A stretch of 63,250 bases of DNA, filler included. It is 8 parts of 8 records of this genome, joined end to end, with 100 filler letters (N's around TTAATTAATTAA, not from the genome) between each part and the next. Parts side by side here need not be neighbours in the genome. Positions count along the whole stretch, not along the records: positions 1 to 18,584 come from SRR31147125_30499; 7 more parts are not named here. One strand, 5' to 3'. Under the pieces are notes generated by a model, which was given only the letters and a program-made list of their open reading frames with translations, made no database searches and was not told where the DNA came from. The position numbers and the translations under genes were made by a program. Below are positions 1-10,257 of the stretch, piece after piece. Numbering within the stretch: the first letter of the stretch is position 1; each line of letters starts with the position of its first letter.

Positions 1-42
1 TAGGAAGTTTGAAAAATATAAAAGGAAAAATCCTTTTGTCCA

Positions 43-333
43 TTACCCGGAAAAAGTCGTAAAATCCGGGGCATCTGTATTCTCATCGTTTAAATCTTGT
101 AATTCCGGCTCGGATGATTCCGCGTTTGTCACCTTTTCGGGATGTGTCAGAATTTCAATACGTTTTTCCGCTTTTTTCAATTCATCTTCCAGTGAGCCTG
201 CCAGCTTCAAACCTTCTTCAAAAAGTTTCATTGATTCATCCAGGGGCAGGGCAGAATCCTTCATTTGCTCATGTATCTTTTCCAGACGATCGAGTCTGTT
301 TTCAAATGTTTGTTTGTCATCTATTTTACTCAT
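43..333 (-). CDS. xseB: Exodeoxyribonuclease VII small subunit
   Basis: TFENRLDRLEKI...LPLDESMKLFEEG...AEKRIEIL pattern; overlaps the 3' end of xseA. Confidence 0.95.
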   Translation of the reverse strand: MSKIDDKQTFENRLDRLEKIHEQMKDSALPLDESMKLFEEGLKLAGSLEDELKKAEKRIEILTHPEKVTNAESSEPELQDLNDENTDAPDFTTFSG

Positions 334-1585
334 CTACTGTCTCCTCAATTACGGCCTGCAGCGATCCGCTTGCCAGGGTTGCTATAATTCTATCACCTGC
401 ATTCAGGTTTCGGGAATCAATTATTAATGTCCCGCTCTTTTTTTCAGTTACAACAGCGTATCCGCGCTGCAGAATGGCTATTGGTGAGCTGCCTTCAAGG
501 CTGCTTTTTGCCAACAATAATGCATGTTTTTTCGCAACCGCTTTATCCTGCATGAATTTGATTAGACTGTCTCTGAGGTCATCCAGCCGCAGATAGCGGG
601 GTTCGATGTACCGTTGAAATGTATTCATCAATGATTCTGAAGAGAATTGTCGCAGCAATAAATCGGCTTTGGTAATCTTTCCGTGAACAGTCTGTGCAGC
701 ATAATCCTTGAACATAGTGATTTTCTGTAGAATCTCATCAATATGCGCGGTTACAAGTTCTGCCGCGGCAGATGGAGTGGGGGCCCGCAGATCAGCAGCG
801 TAATCAGATAAAGCCCAGTCAATCTCATGTCCCACGGCAGAAATAACCGGGATATCTGAATCGGCAATCGCTCGGACTACTGCTTCCTCGGAAAATGGCA
901 GAAGATCCTCAATAGACCCGCCGCCGCGCCCGAGGATGATAACATCGCCCAGTCTTTTTCTGTTGGCCAGCTTAATCATCGAACAGAGTTGGTTCACCGC
1001 TTTTTCTCCCTGTACAGCAGCAGGAAGAATTCTGATTCGAATATTGCTGTTTCTGCGGTCAATGACCTGGAGGATGTCGCGTATCGCGGCACCAGTAGGA
1101 GATGTAATAACAAGTACGTTCTTTGGGAGCTTGGGAATCTGCTTTTTACGGTCCTGATCAAACAATCCTTCATTTGCAAGTTTTCGCTTGCGCTGTTCCA
1201 GCATCGCGAGTATATCACCCTCTCCGGCAAGGCGCAAAGATGTACAGACTATCTGGTATGTGCCGCGCTTTTCATACAGTGAAATTGATCCTTTTGCGAT
1301 TACCTTTTGCCCATCTTTCGGTCTGAATGAAAGACGCCCCTGGTGCCCTCTGAACATAACCGCGGAAATTGCCGCATTGTGATCTTTCAAGGTGAAATAC
1401 CAATGACCGGAACTTGCCGGTCTGAAATTGGAAATCTCACCCTCAATTGATACCTCTTGAAAAGTGGAAACCAGAATATCTTTTATGACAGCAGTGATCT
1501 GGGTAACGGAAAGAACTTCTGTAAAAGTTGGTCGTCTGATTCCGTTTCCCTTTTCAGTTTTTATCACAGGAAATGCTCCATTCAT
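326..1585 (-). CDS. xseA: Exodeoxyribonuclease VII large subunit
   Basis: GEISNF..SSGHWYFTLKD OB fold, GRGGGSIEDL, SAVGHEID, APTPSAAAE motifs. Confidence 0.97.
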   Translation of the reverse strand: MNGAFPVIKTEKGNGIRRPTFTEVLSVTQITAVIKDILVSTFQEVSIEGEISNFRPASSGHWYFTLKDHNAAISAVMFRGHQGRLSFRPKDGQKVIAKGSISLYEKRGTYQIVCTSLRLAGEGDILAMLEQRKRKLANEGLFDQDRKKQIPKLPKNVLVITSPTGAAIRDILQVIDRRNSNIRIRILPAAVQGEKAVNQLCSMIKLANRKRLGDVIILGRGGGSIEDLLPFSEEAVVRAIADSDIPVISAVGHEIDWALSDYAADLRAPTPSAAAELVTAHIDEILQKITMFKDYAAQTVHGKITKADLLLRQFSSESLMNTFQRYIEPRYLRLDDLRDSLIKFMQDKAVAKKHALLLAKSSLEGSSPIAILQRGYAVVTEKKSGTLIIDSRNLNAGDRIIATLASGSLQAVIEETVDE

Positions 1586-1629
1586 TATATGTTATTACAG
1601 GATATGTAAACCAAATGTTTCACCAGATG

Positions 1630-1674
1630 AAAAAAGGCTATCTTTAATGATTAAAAATCATCATTGATAGCCTT
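1630..1674 (-). terminator. Probable intrinsic terminator after the ferredoxin gene
   Basis: AAGGCTATC...GATAGCCTT inverted repeat followed on the minus strand by a T run. Confidence 0.5.
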
Positions 1675-1714
1675 CATTACCATCCTGTATCTGATTAAAC
1701 AGGATAAAGTTTAT

Positions 1715-1882
1715 CTAACCGGCAATAATTGCTTCAGTAGGACAAACGTCTGCACATGCACCGCAATCGATACAGCTGTCGCCGTCAATTACATAAATGT
1801 CACCTTCAGCAATAGCTTCAACCGGACATTCGGGAAGGCAGCTGCCGCATGCAACACATGCGTCTGTTACAGTATAAGCCAT
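1715..1882 (-). CDS. 2[4Fe-4S] clostridial-type ferredoxin, 55 aa (not in the ORF track)
   Basis: Hand translation [55 protein letters not shown]; two CxxCxxCxxxCP motifs; GAGGAG RBS. Confidence 0.96.
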   Translation of the reverse strand: MAYTVTDACVACGSCLPECPVEAIAEGDIYVIDGDSCIDCGACADVCPTEAIIAG

Positions 1883-1959
1883 GTTGGTCTCCTCATAACT
1901 TTATTTTACTTGACTATATACCTCTTGAAGATATCTAGTCAAGAAAGCACAATAGGTTT

Positions 1960-2701
1960 ATGGATAACATAATTAAAGAATTGGCACTTGATATTCAGCA
2001 GGCGAACAGATGTGTGGTGCTGACCGGGGCAGGGGTTTCCACTTTATCGGGACTTCCGATTTCCGCGGTCCTGACGGCTTATATAAAAAAGTGAAATGAC
2101 CCAAATGTTTGATTTGGAGATGTTTAAACGCGACCCCGCCGTTTTTTACCGCAACGCGGCTGACCTGCTCTATTCAGACCGGGTAATAAAGCCATCTGTC
2201 GTTCATTATGATCTCGCAAAAATGGAATCGATTGGATTAATCGATACCGTGATTACGCAGAATATAGATTTACTGCACCAGAAAGCCGGGTCGGTACGTG
2301 TATTGGAACTGCATGGAACACCATCAAAGCACACCTGTACGGCATGCGGAAAAACCTATCCTTTCCATGAAGCTGCCGAAGTTGGGCGGGAAGGAAAAGT
2401 ATTTTACTGCACTGCATGCAGCGCTCCGGTAAAACCTGATATAACTTTTTTTGGGGAGAGGCTTCCTCTGGGGGTATTTGAAAAGGCAGAGGAGGTGGTT
2501 AAGCAGGCAGATCTGATGCTTATTCTTGGTACATCACTTACTGTATATCCCGCGGCACAGCTGCCGATTACGGCTCTGGAGCAAGGTGTCGATATTGCCA
2601 TAATTACAAATAGTCAAACAGATTTTGACCGGTTTGCGAAATATAAGCTGGGTGATCTGAGAGCGGTTTTTGCGGAGCTTGCGACACTTTTGACGTTTTG
2701 A
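1960..2701 (+). CDS. cobB: Sir2/CobB NAD-dependent deacylase, with a one-base frameshift near 2059
   Basis: ATG 1960 gives ..VVLTGAGVSTLSGLP; restoring one G gives DFRGPDGLY; TQNID, ELHG, CxxC..CxxC, GTSL.VYPAA. Confidence 0.9.
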
Positions 2702-2734
2702 ATTATGTTTCTATAATAACATTATGTTATTATC

Positions 2735-2763
2735 TAGACATAAAGTTATATTTAAGCTACTAT
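2735..2763 (+). promoter_or_regulatory. Probable sigma70 promoter of the dap/lys operon
   Basis: TAGACA-17 nt-TACTAT, about 30 nt before the dapB start and its AAGGAG RBS. Confidence 0.6.
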
Positions 2764-2794
2764 GCGTTCAATCACCCCATGAAGGAGTAACATA

Positions 2795-3547
2795 GTGAAA
2801 ATTGCGCTGAACGGCTATGGCAGAATGGGCAGACTTATCCGTGAAAAATCCCTCGGTAGAGAGATCGAAATTACGGCAATAATTGATCCATTTGTGAAGC
2901 TTCCCGAAGTCACTCATTCGGTACTAACGGCTGAATCCATACATGATGCTGATGTTGTCATAGATTTCACTCTGCCTGATACTGCCATGGAAAATATAAA
3001 GGTCATCACCGCTGCCGGTAAACAGGCTGTTATCGGCACAACCGGCTGGTACGCGCATTTATCTGAGGCCAAAGCACTGGTTAAAGAAGCCGGAACTGGT
3101 CTGATCTGGTCTGGAAATTTCTCACTTGGAGTGAATGTACTGTTTGAACTGGTGCGGTATGCCGGTCGCATTATGAATAAATTAAACGATTACGACTGTT
3201 TTATTCATGAGTATCACCATACAGGAAAGGCTGACAGCCCATCAGGAACAGCTGAAATGCTGGGAAATATATTGCTGGAAGAGATAGATCGGAAAGAGAC
3301 ATTGGCAGTAGATGCCATGCACAGGCAGATCGAAGCAGATGAGCTGCATGTATCATCAACCAGAGGCGGATCGATACCGGGAACTCATTCAATCTGTTTT
3401 GACAGTGAAGTTGATACCATCGAACTGACCCATCAGGCCAGAAACAGGGAGGGCTTTGCCTTCGGAGCGCTGAGAGCGGCCGAATGGATCTATGGTAAAA
3501 CCGGTTTTTTCACAATCGAAAACCTGATGCGCAGTCTTATACAGTAA
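2795..3547 (+). CDS. dapB: 4-hydroxy-tetrahydrodipicolinate reductase
   Basis: GYGRMG, VVIDFT, VIGTTG, EYHHTGKADSPSGTA, FAFGALRAAEW. Confidence 0.96.
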   Translation: MKIALNGYGRMGRLIREKSLGREIEITAIIDPFVKLPEVTHSVLTAESIHDADVVIDFTLPDTAMENIKVITAAGKQAVIGTTGWYAHLSEAKALVKEAGTGLIWSGNFSLGVNVLFELVRYAGRIMNKLNDYDCFIHEYHHTGKADSPSGTAEMLGNILLEEIDRKETLAVDAMHRQIEADELHVSSTRGGSIPGTHSICFDSEVDTIELTHQARNREGFAFGALRAAEWIYGKTGFFTIENLMRSLIQ

Positions 3548-3574
3548 CAAAACAAGAAATTTAGGAGAATCGAT

Positions 3575-4465
3575 ATGAGCAGAGAATTCAGAGGAGTCTA
3601 TACAGCATTAATCACTCCATTTACAAAGTACGGCAGTGTTGATGAAGCCGCACTGGAGAAGATTATAGAATTTCAGATATCCCAAGGGGTTGATGGTCTG
3701 GTACCTTGCGGAACAACCGGGGAGAGTCCAACATTGTCCCACGAGGAACATGACCGGGTAATTGAGCTGACAGTCAAATTTGCGGCTGGACGTGTACCGG
3801 TTATTGCCGGCACTGGCAGTAACGCTACTACTGAAGCTGTCAGATTGTCCAAACATGCCCAGGATGCCGGAGTAGATGCGGTATTACTGGTAAATCCGTA
3901 CTATAATAAACCGACCCAGAAGGGACTCTACCTGCATTTCAAGGCAATTGCCGACGCGCTGTCCATCCCCTGCATCGTCTATAATATTCAAGGCCGGACC
4001 GGGGTGAATATCGAAACCGAAACTCTGGTTCACCTGATGACTGATTGTCCAAATATCACTGTTGTGAAAGAAGCTTCGGGAAATCTTGATCAGATGAAAG
4101 AGGTCATCAGCAGAAGGCATGATGGATTTTCGGTATTGTCGGGAGATGACAATCTTTGTCTCAGTCTGATCAAAGCCGGAGGAGATGGAGTCATATCGGT
4201 TGCATCGAATCTGGTACCGGCTATGATGGTAGAGATGGTGCATGCGGGTCTTGAGGGTGACTTTGAGAAAGCGGAAGCATTGGAAAATCGCATGAAACCA
4301 TTTTTTGAAGCTTGCTTTGTAGAGACAAATCCGATACCGATAAAGACGGCTATGGCTTCGGCGGGGTGGTGCGAGGAAGAGTTTCGCCTTCCTATGTGTT
4401 CTCTGTCGACTGCTGACAGCAGACGACAGTTGGAACAGGCTGTTTCCGGGCTTCTGGAAAAATAA
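3575..4465 (+). CDS. dapA: 4-hydroxy-tetrahydrodipicolinate synthase
   Basis: GTTGESPTL, PYYNKPTQ, YNIQGRT, KEASG, TNPIPIK. Confidence 0.97.
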   Translation: MSREFRGVYTALITPFTKYGSVDEAALEKIIEFQISQGVDGLVPCGTTGESPTLSHEEHDRVIELTVKFAAGRVPVIAGTGSNATTEAVRLSKHAQDAGVDAVLLVNPYYNKPTQKGLYLHFKAIADALSIPCIVYNIQGRTGVNIETETLVHLMTDCPNITVVKEASGNLDQMKEVISRRHDGFSVLSGDDNLCLSLIKAGGDGVISVASNLVPAMMVEMVHAGLEGDFEKAEALENRMKPFFEACFVETNPIPIKTAMASAGWCEEEFRLPMCSLSTADSRRQLEQAVSGLLEK

Positions 4466-4526
4466 TTCGATTTACGGTACAGTACCTCATCAGGACTTCC
4501 AACGTATTGATGTAATCATTTTGAAA

Positions 4527-4683
4527 TGACCGAAAGAGTGTGGGATTTACTAGAATGTAACATATTGTCCAATGAGAAAATATCTCATATACCTATGTTC
4601 AGATTTCTGCGAAATGTTTTAATATGCATTATCTGTTTTAAATGTATGGATTACCATGAATAGATCCCACACTCTTTCGGTCA
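4527..4683. mobile_element. MITE-like 157-bp element with perfect 20-bp terminal inverted repeats
   Basis: TGACCGAAAGAGTGTGGGAT (4527-4546) and its exact reverse complement (4664-4683) around an AT-rich interior; no clear target-site duplication. Confidence 0.6.
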
Positions 4684-4759
4684 GTTAACAAACACAAAGA
4701 ACAGGATGCGCTACTCGAGCAAACAGTATACTTCATAGATAAGAGGAGATTCATATAGA

Positions 4760-5989
4760 ATGGCACGAATTAATGAAAACTACAGGAAATTAGCAGCGGG
4801 ATATCTATTCCCGGAAATTGGAAGAAGAACCAGGGCATTTCAGGAAGCACACCCGGAAGCAGTTTTGCGACGGTTGGGAATTGGTAATACTACCGAAGCA
4901 TTGACTCCTTCAGTTGTAAAAGGATTGAATAAGGGAGTATCCCAGTTAGCGGATGTATCGACCTATTCAGGATATGGTGATGAGCAGGGCATGACCGCAC
5001 TACGTAAACGTTTGTCGGCATTTTATGCTGAACGCGGGGTTGATATGGATGCGGACAATTTTTTTATAAGTGATGGTGCCAAACCGGATTCAAGTAATAT
5101 TCAGTCGATTTTTGGACTGGATAACATAATTGCTGTACAGGATCCGGCTTATCCTGTCTATGTGGATTCTAATGTGATATCCGGACGAACCGGAGAATTT
5201 GACCAGGAAAGCGGGAAATATGAGGGATTTGTCTATATGGAATGCAGGGAAGACAATGGATTTTTTCCAGCGCTCCCTGAAAGCAAAGTAGATATCATCT
5301 ATTTGTGCAGTCCCAATAACCCAACTGGTGCCGTAGCAACCAAACAGCAGTTGGCTCAATTTGTCGAATATGCCATACAACACAAAGCGGTGATCTTTTT
5401 TGATGCGTCATACTCTGAATATATTACTGATCCCGAGCTGCCGCGTTCCATATATGAAGTTGAAGGTGCTGAACAATGTGCTATAGAGATTAATAGTTTC
5501 TCGAAATTTGCTGGTTTTACCGGTGTACGGCTGGGATGGACAGTTGTTCCCCGTGAACTGACAGTTGAAGGTTCGGAACCAGGTGAGGTGAGAAACATGT
5601 GGTTCAGGAGACAGACTACGTTTTTCAATGGGGCATCTAATATTGTTCAGGAAGGCGGCCTTGCCGTTCTTTCAGAAGAGGGATTGCAGGAGTGTTCCGA
5701 TCTTATTGGTTACTATATGAAAAATGCTGAAATTATTCGCTCTGGGTTAGAATCTATCGAACTTGAAGTTTACGGTGGAGACAATGCTCCTTACTTATGG
5801 CTGAAAACACCCGGCGGAATAAGCTCATGGGATTTCTTTGACAAGCTGTTGAATGAATGCTGGGTTATCGGTACACCAGGATCAGGATTTGGTCCTGCCG
5901 GTGAAGGCTATTTCAGGCTTAGTGCGTTTGGGCATCGTGAAGATGTTGAAGCTGCAGTTGAAAATATTGTCACAAGACTCTCTTTATAA
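4760..5989 (+). CDS. dapL: LL-diaminopimelate aminotransferase
   Basis: GYLFPEI, SDGAK, DPAYPVYVDSNV, CSPNNPTG, SFSKFAGFTGVRLGW, GEGYFRLSAF. Confidence 0.96.
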   Translation: MARINENYRKLAAGYLFPEIGRRTRAFQEAHPEAVLRRLGIGNTTEALTPSVVKGLNKGVSQLADVSTYSGYGDEQGMTALRKRLSAFYAERGVDMDADNFFISDGAKPDSSNIQSIFGLDNIIAVQDPAYPVYVDSNVISGRTGEFDQESGKYEGFVYMECREDNGFFPALPESKVDIIYLCSPNNPTGAVATKQQLAQFVEYAIQHKAVIFFDASYSEYITDPELPRSIYEVEGAEQCAIEINSFSKFAGFTGVRLGWTVVPRELTVEGSEPGEVRNMWFRRQTTFFNGASNIVQEGGLAVLSEEGLQECSDLIGYYMKNAEIIRSGLESIELEVYGGDNAPYLWLKTPGGISSWDFFDKLLNECWVIGTPGSGFGPAGEGYFRLSAFGHREDVEAAVENIVTRLSL

Positions 5990-6025
5990 AATAACTGAAA
6001 ACAGAGCAATATCAGGAGATATCAA

Positions 6026-7288
6026 ATGAGTGCAAAACCATTATCATTAAGCAGGGAACAACTGCAGAATATTTCTCAGACATTTCCGACACCATTTCAT
6101 ATATATGACGAAAAAGCCATAAGAGAAAATGCCAGAGCTATGAAAGATGCATTTTCATGGATTCCGGAGTTTAAGAACTACTTTGCCGTGAAAGCCTGCC
6201 CTAATCCTGCAATTATGACAATCCTCAAGGAAGAGGGATTCGGCGCTGACTGCAGTTCACTGCCGGAGCTGCTTCTTTCCGAAAGTGTGGGAATGACGAA
6301 AGAGGATATCATGTTTACCTCAAATGATACCCCGGATGAAGAGTTTCAAGCCGCATACGAGATGGGAGCGATTATAAATCTTGATGATGTTAAGCATATA
6401 GATGCACTTGAAAAAAGTGCTGGAATCCCGGAGTTGATATGCTTTCGGTACAATCCAGGTGAAGCCAGAACGGGAAATGTGATTATCGGACATCCCACAG
6501 AAGCAAAATACGGTATTACAAACAGCCAGGTGGTTGATGCCTACAGGACCATGCAGGAAAAAGGTGTTAAGCGCTTCGGACTGCATACGATGGTAGCCTC
6601 AAATGAATTAAATGGTGACTACATTGTTGAGACGGCTCGAATGCTGTTTGACCTGGTGCTGCTTGTTTATCGTGAAACAGGAATTCGTCTGGAGTTCATC
6701 AATATGGGCGGTGGTATCGGCATCCCCTATAAACCGGATGAGGAACCGATGGATCTGGTAAAAGTTTCTGATGGGATGAAGCAGCTGTATGAAGAAAAAA
6801 TCATTCCTGCTGGTCTCGATCCATTGAAAATTGTTTTTGAGTGCGGTCGAATGGTTACCGGTCCTTACGGGTATCTGGTAAGTAAGGTGCGGCATATCGC
6901 AGAAAAGTATAAAAGCTATGCTGGTCTGGATGCCTGCATGACTAATTTAATGCGTCCGGCATTATACGGCGCATATCATCATATCAGTATACCCGGAAAA
7001 GAGAGTGAACCGGTAAATTCTGTATATGATGTAACTGGTTCACTTTGTGAGAATAATGATAAATTTGCCATAGACAGGGAACTGCCTGAACTAGATCCCG
7101 GCGACTTCGTCGTGATTCATGATGCCGGGGCTCATGGGTATGCTATGGGATTCAATTATAACGGCAAACTGCGATCAAGCGAACTACTGCTGGGAGAGGA
7201 TGGTACTGTACGTCTGATTCGTAGAGCTGAGACAATAGATGATTACTTCGCTACACTGCGATTTGATTCAGAGGAAATTCAGCTGTAA
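6026..7288 (+). CDS. lysA: Diaminopimelate decarboxylase
   Basis: YFAVKACP (PLP lysine), GGGIG, FECGR, GSLCENND, GAHGYAMGFNYN; last gene of the dap operon. Confidence 0.95.
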   Translation: MSAKPLSLSREQLQNISQTFPTPFHIYDEKAIRENARAMKDAFSWIPEFKNYFAVKACPNPAIMTILKEEGFGADCSSLPELLLSESVGMTKEDIMFTSNDTPDEEFQAAYEMGAIINLDDVKHIDALEKSAGIPELICFRYNPGEARTGNVIIGHPTEAKYGITNSQVVDAYRTMQEKGVKRFGLHTMVASNELNGDYIVETARMLFDLVLLVYRETGIRLEFINMGGGIGIPYKPDEEPMDLVKVSDGMKQLYEEKIIPAGLDPLKIVFECGRMVTGPYGYLVSKVRHIAEKYKSYAGLDACMTNLMRPALYGAYHHISIPGKESEPVNSVYDVTGSLCENNDKFAIDRELPELDPGDFVVIHDAGAHGYAMGFNYNGKLRSSELLLGEDGTVRLIRRAETIDDYFATLRFDSEEIQL

Positions 7289-7354
7289 CTGATTTTTTCT
7301 CGTATATTCACAGGATGCAGATATAAGATATAACAGATATAAGATATAAAAAGA

Positions 7355-7457
7355 GGGGCTGTCCTGGCCGACAGCCCCAAGCAAAGTATGATGAGCCGGT
7401 TGGCTCATCATGTAGCAGTGTATATGTAATGGCTCTGTCCCCCGGACAGGGCCATTA
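7355..7457. terminator. Three consecutive hairpins between convergent lysA and glnA
   Basis: GGGGCTGTC/GACAGCCCC (7355-7378), ATGATGAGCC/GGCTCATCAT (7388-7411), TAATGGCTCTGTCC/GGACAGGGCCATTA (7427-7457). Confidence 0.6.
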
Positions 7458-7464
7458 TTTCATA

Positions 7465-9588
7465 TTACAATCTGAAAAGCATGTCCTCATAAGAAGGATA
7501 AGGCCAGTATGCTTTATCGGTTACTTTTTCGAGAGCGTCTGCGGTAAGTCGAAGATCTGCCATAGCTGGAATTACCAGGCTGCGATACGCTTTTGCCTGT
7601 TCAAGGATTTCTTCTTCAAGCGCCAGAGCTTTTTTGATGCGTTCTTCAAGTACATCGGCTTTTGCAAATAGAGTATTTATCAGTTCTGAAATATTTTTCA
7701 CAACTTCTTCCTGATTCGGTGCCGCAATACCGAGACTTTTCTGTGAAGAAATTGAATCAATAATTTCCTGCAAATAGCGAGTTGCGGCGGGTGCAATTAG
7801 GCGTCTGGCCATTTCAACCATAACTCCCGCTTCGATATTTATCTGTTTACTGTAAGTCTCAAGATAGATCTCAAGTCGAGATTCCAGCTCAGCCTTAGAG
7901 AGAACACTCTGGTTTTCAAATAATTCGATACATTCATCTGAAACTAATGTTTCTAATGCCTCTACAGTACTTACCAGATTAGGTAATCCGCGTTTTTCTG
8001 CTTCAGCAACCCATTCGTCAGAGTATCCGTTACCATCAAAAATGACTTTCCGGTGTTTGCTGTAGTATTCTTTAACGATTAATTTAATTTCACTGAGGGT
8101 GTCATCGGACTTTTCCAGACGATCAGCAAATTCAGAAAGCACGGCTGCTATGGTAGTGTTGAGCATAACGTTCGGACCTGCCAGAGATTGCGATGATCCT
8201 ACCATTCTGAATTCAAACTTATTTCCGGTAAAAGCAAAAGGCGATGTACGGTTACGGTCAGTCATGTCTTTCGGGAAATTGGGCAGGGTAGTAACACCAA
8301 CTTCCATTATTTCACCATCACGTTTTTTATACACTGTGTCATCGGCTATTGAATCCAGTATTTCAGAAAGTACATTACCAAGAAATATTGAAATAATTGC
8401 CGGAGGTGCTTCATTGGCGCCCAGCCTGTGTTCATTGCCGGCGTTTGCTGCTGATAACCGCAGATAAGGAGCGTATTTATCAACGGCAGTAATAACTGCA
8501 GTCAGAAACAACAGAAACTGTGCGTTGTCTTCCGGGCTGTCTCCGGGCTGCAGAAGGTTCTGTCCATCATCTGTTGATAAGGACCAGTTGTTATGTTTTC
8601 CCGAACCATTTACACCTGCAAACGGTTTTTCGTGCAGAAGTGCAACCATTCCATGGCGTTTGGCGACAGTTTTCAATGTCTCCATTACCAGCTGGTTTGT
8701 ATCAGTTGAATGGTTTGATGTAGAAAATATTGAAGCTATTTCAAACTGGTTTGGTGCCACTTCGTTATGCTGAGTCTTGGCGGAAATTCCAAGTCTCCAG
8801 AGTTCAAAGTTAAGTTCCTGCATGAAAATAGCAACTCTTTCTTTGATAGCTCCGAAATAGTGGTCATCAAGTTCCTGACCTTTCGCACTCATGGTGCCAA
8901 ATACCGTTCGACCAGTCAGCAGCAGGTCTGGACGTTCTTCAAAGAGGGATTCATCAACAAGGAAGTATTCCTGTTCTGGTCCGACTGTAGCAAGTGCTCT
9001 ATCAGCTGTTGTATTGCCCAACGCGTGCAAAACGCGGATTGCGGCTTTGTTGACTGCTTCCATAGATCGGAGCAGAGGTACTTTCTTATCTAGTGCTTCA
9101 CCAGTGTAGGATATAAATGCTGTTGGGATTGTTAAAGTTTTAACACCGCCCTGATCCTTAATGAATGCAGGTGAAGTGGAATCCCATGCAGTATATCCAC
9201 GAGCTTCAAATGTAGCTCTCAGTCCACCGCTGGGAAAAGATGATGCATCCGGTTCTCCCTGAATCAATTCTTTACCTGAGAACTCAAGCAGAACAGAACC
9301 ATCGGATTTAGGGCTGATGAAAGAGTCATGCTTCTCAGCTGTCAATCCTGTTAATGGCTGGAACCAGTGAGTGAAATGGGTTGCACCCTTTTCAATAGCC
9401 CAGTCTTTCATTGAATTTGCAACTATTTCCGCGACTTCCTGAGTCAGGGCTTTATTCCCACTCTGAACCAGTTTCAACTCTTTAAAAATGTTGGCGGGAA
9501 GCCGTTCTTTCATAATTGCGTCATTAAAACAATTTTCTCCATAAATTTCTGCCAGGGGTTTTTTTTCAAAATCAATACACGCTGCCAT
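7465..9588 (-). CDS. glnA: Glutamine synthetase type III
   Basis: 707 aa; [60 protein letters not shown]. Confidence 0.96.
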   Translation of the reverse strand: MAACIDFEKKPLAEIYGENCFNDAIMKERLPANIFKELKLVQSGNKALTQEVAEIVANSMKDWAIEKGATHFTHWFQPLTGLTAEKHDSFISPKSDGSVLLEFSGKELIQGEPDASSFPSGGLRATFEARGYTAWDSTSPAFIKDQGGVKTLTIPTAFISYTGEALDKKVPLLRSMEAVNKAAIRVLHALGNTTADRALATVGPEQEYFLVDESLFEERPDLLLTGRTVFGTMSAKGQELDDHYFGAIKERVAIFMQELNFELWRLGISAKTQHNEVAPNQFEIASIFSTSNHSTDTNQLVMETLKTVAKRHGMVALLHEKPFAGVNGSGKHNNWSLSTDDGQNLLQPGDSPEDNAQFLLFLTAVITAVDKYAPYLRLSAANAGNEHRLGANEAPPAIISIFLGNVLSEILDSIADDTVYKKRDGEIMEVGVTTLPNFPKDMTDRNRTSPFAFTGNKFEFRMVGSSQSLAGPNVMLNTTIAAVLSEFADRLEKSDDTLSEIKLIVKEYYSKHRKVIFDGNGYSDEWVAEAEKRGLPNLVSTVEALETLVSDECIELFENQSVLSKAELESRLEIYLETYSKQINIEAGVMVEMARRLIAPAATRYLQEIIDSISSQKSLGIAAPNQEEVVKNISELINTLFAKADVLEERIKKALALEEEILEQAKAYRSLVIPAMADLRLTADALEKVTDKAYWPYPSYEDMLFRL

Positions 9589-9666
9589 AACTCTTTTTTC
9601 TCCTTAGTTATCTTTGCTTTTTTTTGCAGCAGCAAAGCTTTTCTGCTTTGCTGCTGCTTAATATAT

Positions 9667-9683
9667 TGCAATTAGTATGCCAA
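9667..9683 (-). promoter_or_regulatory. Sigma54 -24/-12 promoter of glnA
   Basis: Minus strand TTGGCATACTAATTGCA, GG-N10-GC. Confidence 0.85.
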
Positions 9684-9789
9684 AAAGAGTGTTTGCAATC
9701 TTTTTCCACATAACCTGTTACAATGTAAGAACATATGAAAAATAAACCTTTTTCATAGTACTTTTTTGTTTCTAAAAATGGTTAAATAG

Positions 9790-9835
9790 ATACATAAATG
9801 TAGGAATTGATATATTAAACCTACAAAAATGTATG
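9790..9835. promoter_or_regulatory. Paired candidate enhancer sites TACA-N4-TGTA upstream of glnA
   Basis: TACATAAATGTA at 9791 and TACAAAAATGTA at 9822, 31 bp apart; same motif recurs at amtB and at the regulator gene. Confidence 0.7.
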
Positions 9836-9836
9836 A

Positions 9837-10178
9837 TTAACCAATAGCTTCGCTGCCGGTATCTCCATTCCTGATTCGGATACACTCTTCAATGGGAGTA
9901 ACAAAAATCTTACCATCACCAATTGTTCCGGTTCTTGCTCCCTGAATAATACCTTCAACCGTGGAAGCCACAAATTTCTCATTAACCGCTATTTCAATTC
10001 GCACTTTTTTTAACAAATTAACTTCGATATCGACACCACGATATGTTTCTGTATAACCCATCTGCTGACCGCACCCCAACGCGTTGGTTACGGACATTTT
10101 ATATATTTCTCGTTTATACAACTCCTGTTTTACTGAATTCAGCTTATCGGGCTGTATATATGCAATTACCAATTTCAT
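9837..10178 (-). CDS. glnK: PII nitrogen regulatory protein
   Basis: [15 protein letters not shown]-loop, [11 protein letters not shown]; directly downstream of amtB. Confidence 0.93.
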   Translation of the reverse strand: MKLVIAYIQPDKLNSVKQELYKREIYKMSVTNALGCGQQMGYTETYRGVDIEVNLLKKVRIEIAVNEKFVASTVEGIIQGARTGTIGDGKIFVTPIEECIRIRNGDTGSEAIG

Positions 10179-10257
10179 AATTTCTCCTCTATAACTATCT
10201 ATTTATCCCATAACGTTTTATGAAACGTCATCATCTTACCGATATACCCAGACAATC

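Noticed and set aside
1664-1972. 102-aa + strand ORF
   Set aside because: Antisense shadow of the ferredoxin gene
4466-4759. Lysine riboswitch between dapA and dapL
   Set aside because: No recognisable lysine-riboswitch core; the structure is dominated by perfect terminal inverted repeats. An Infernal search would settle it.
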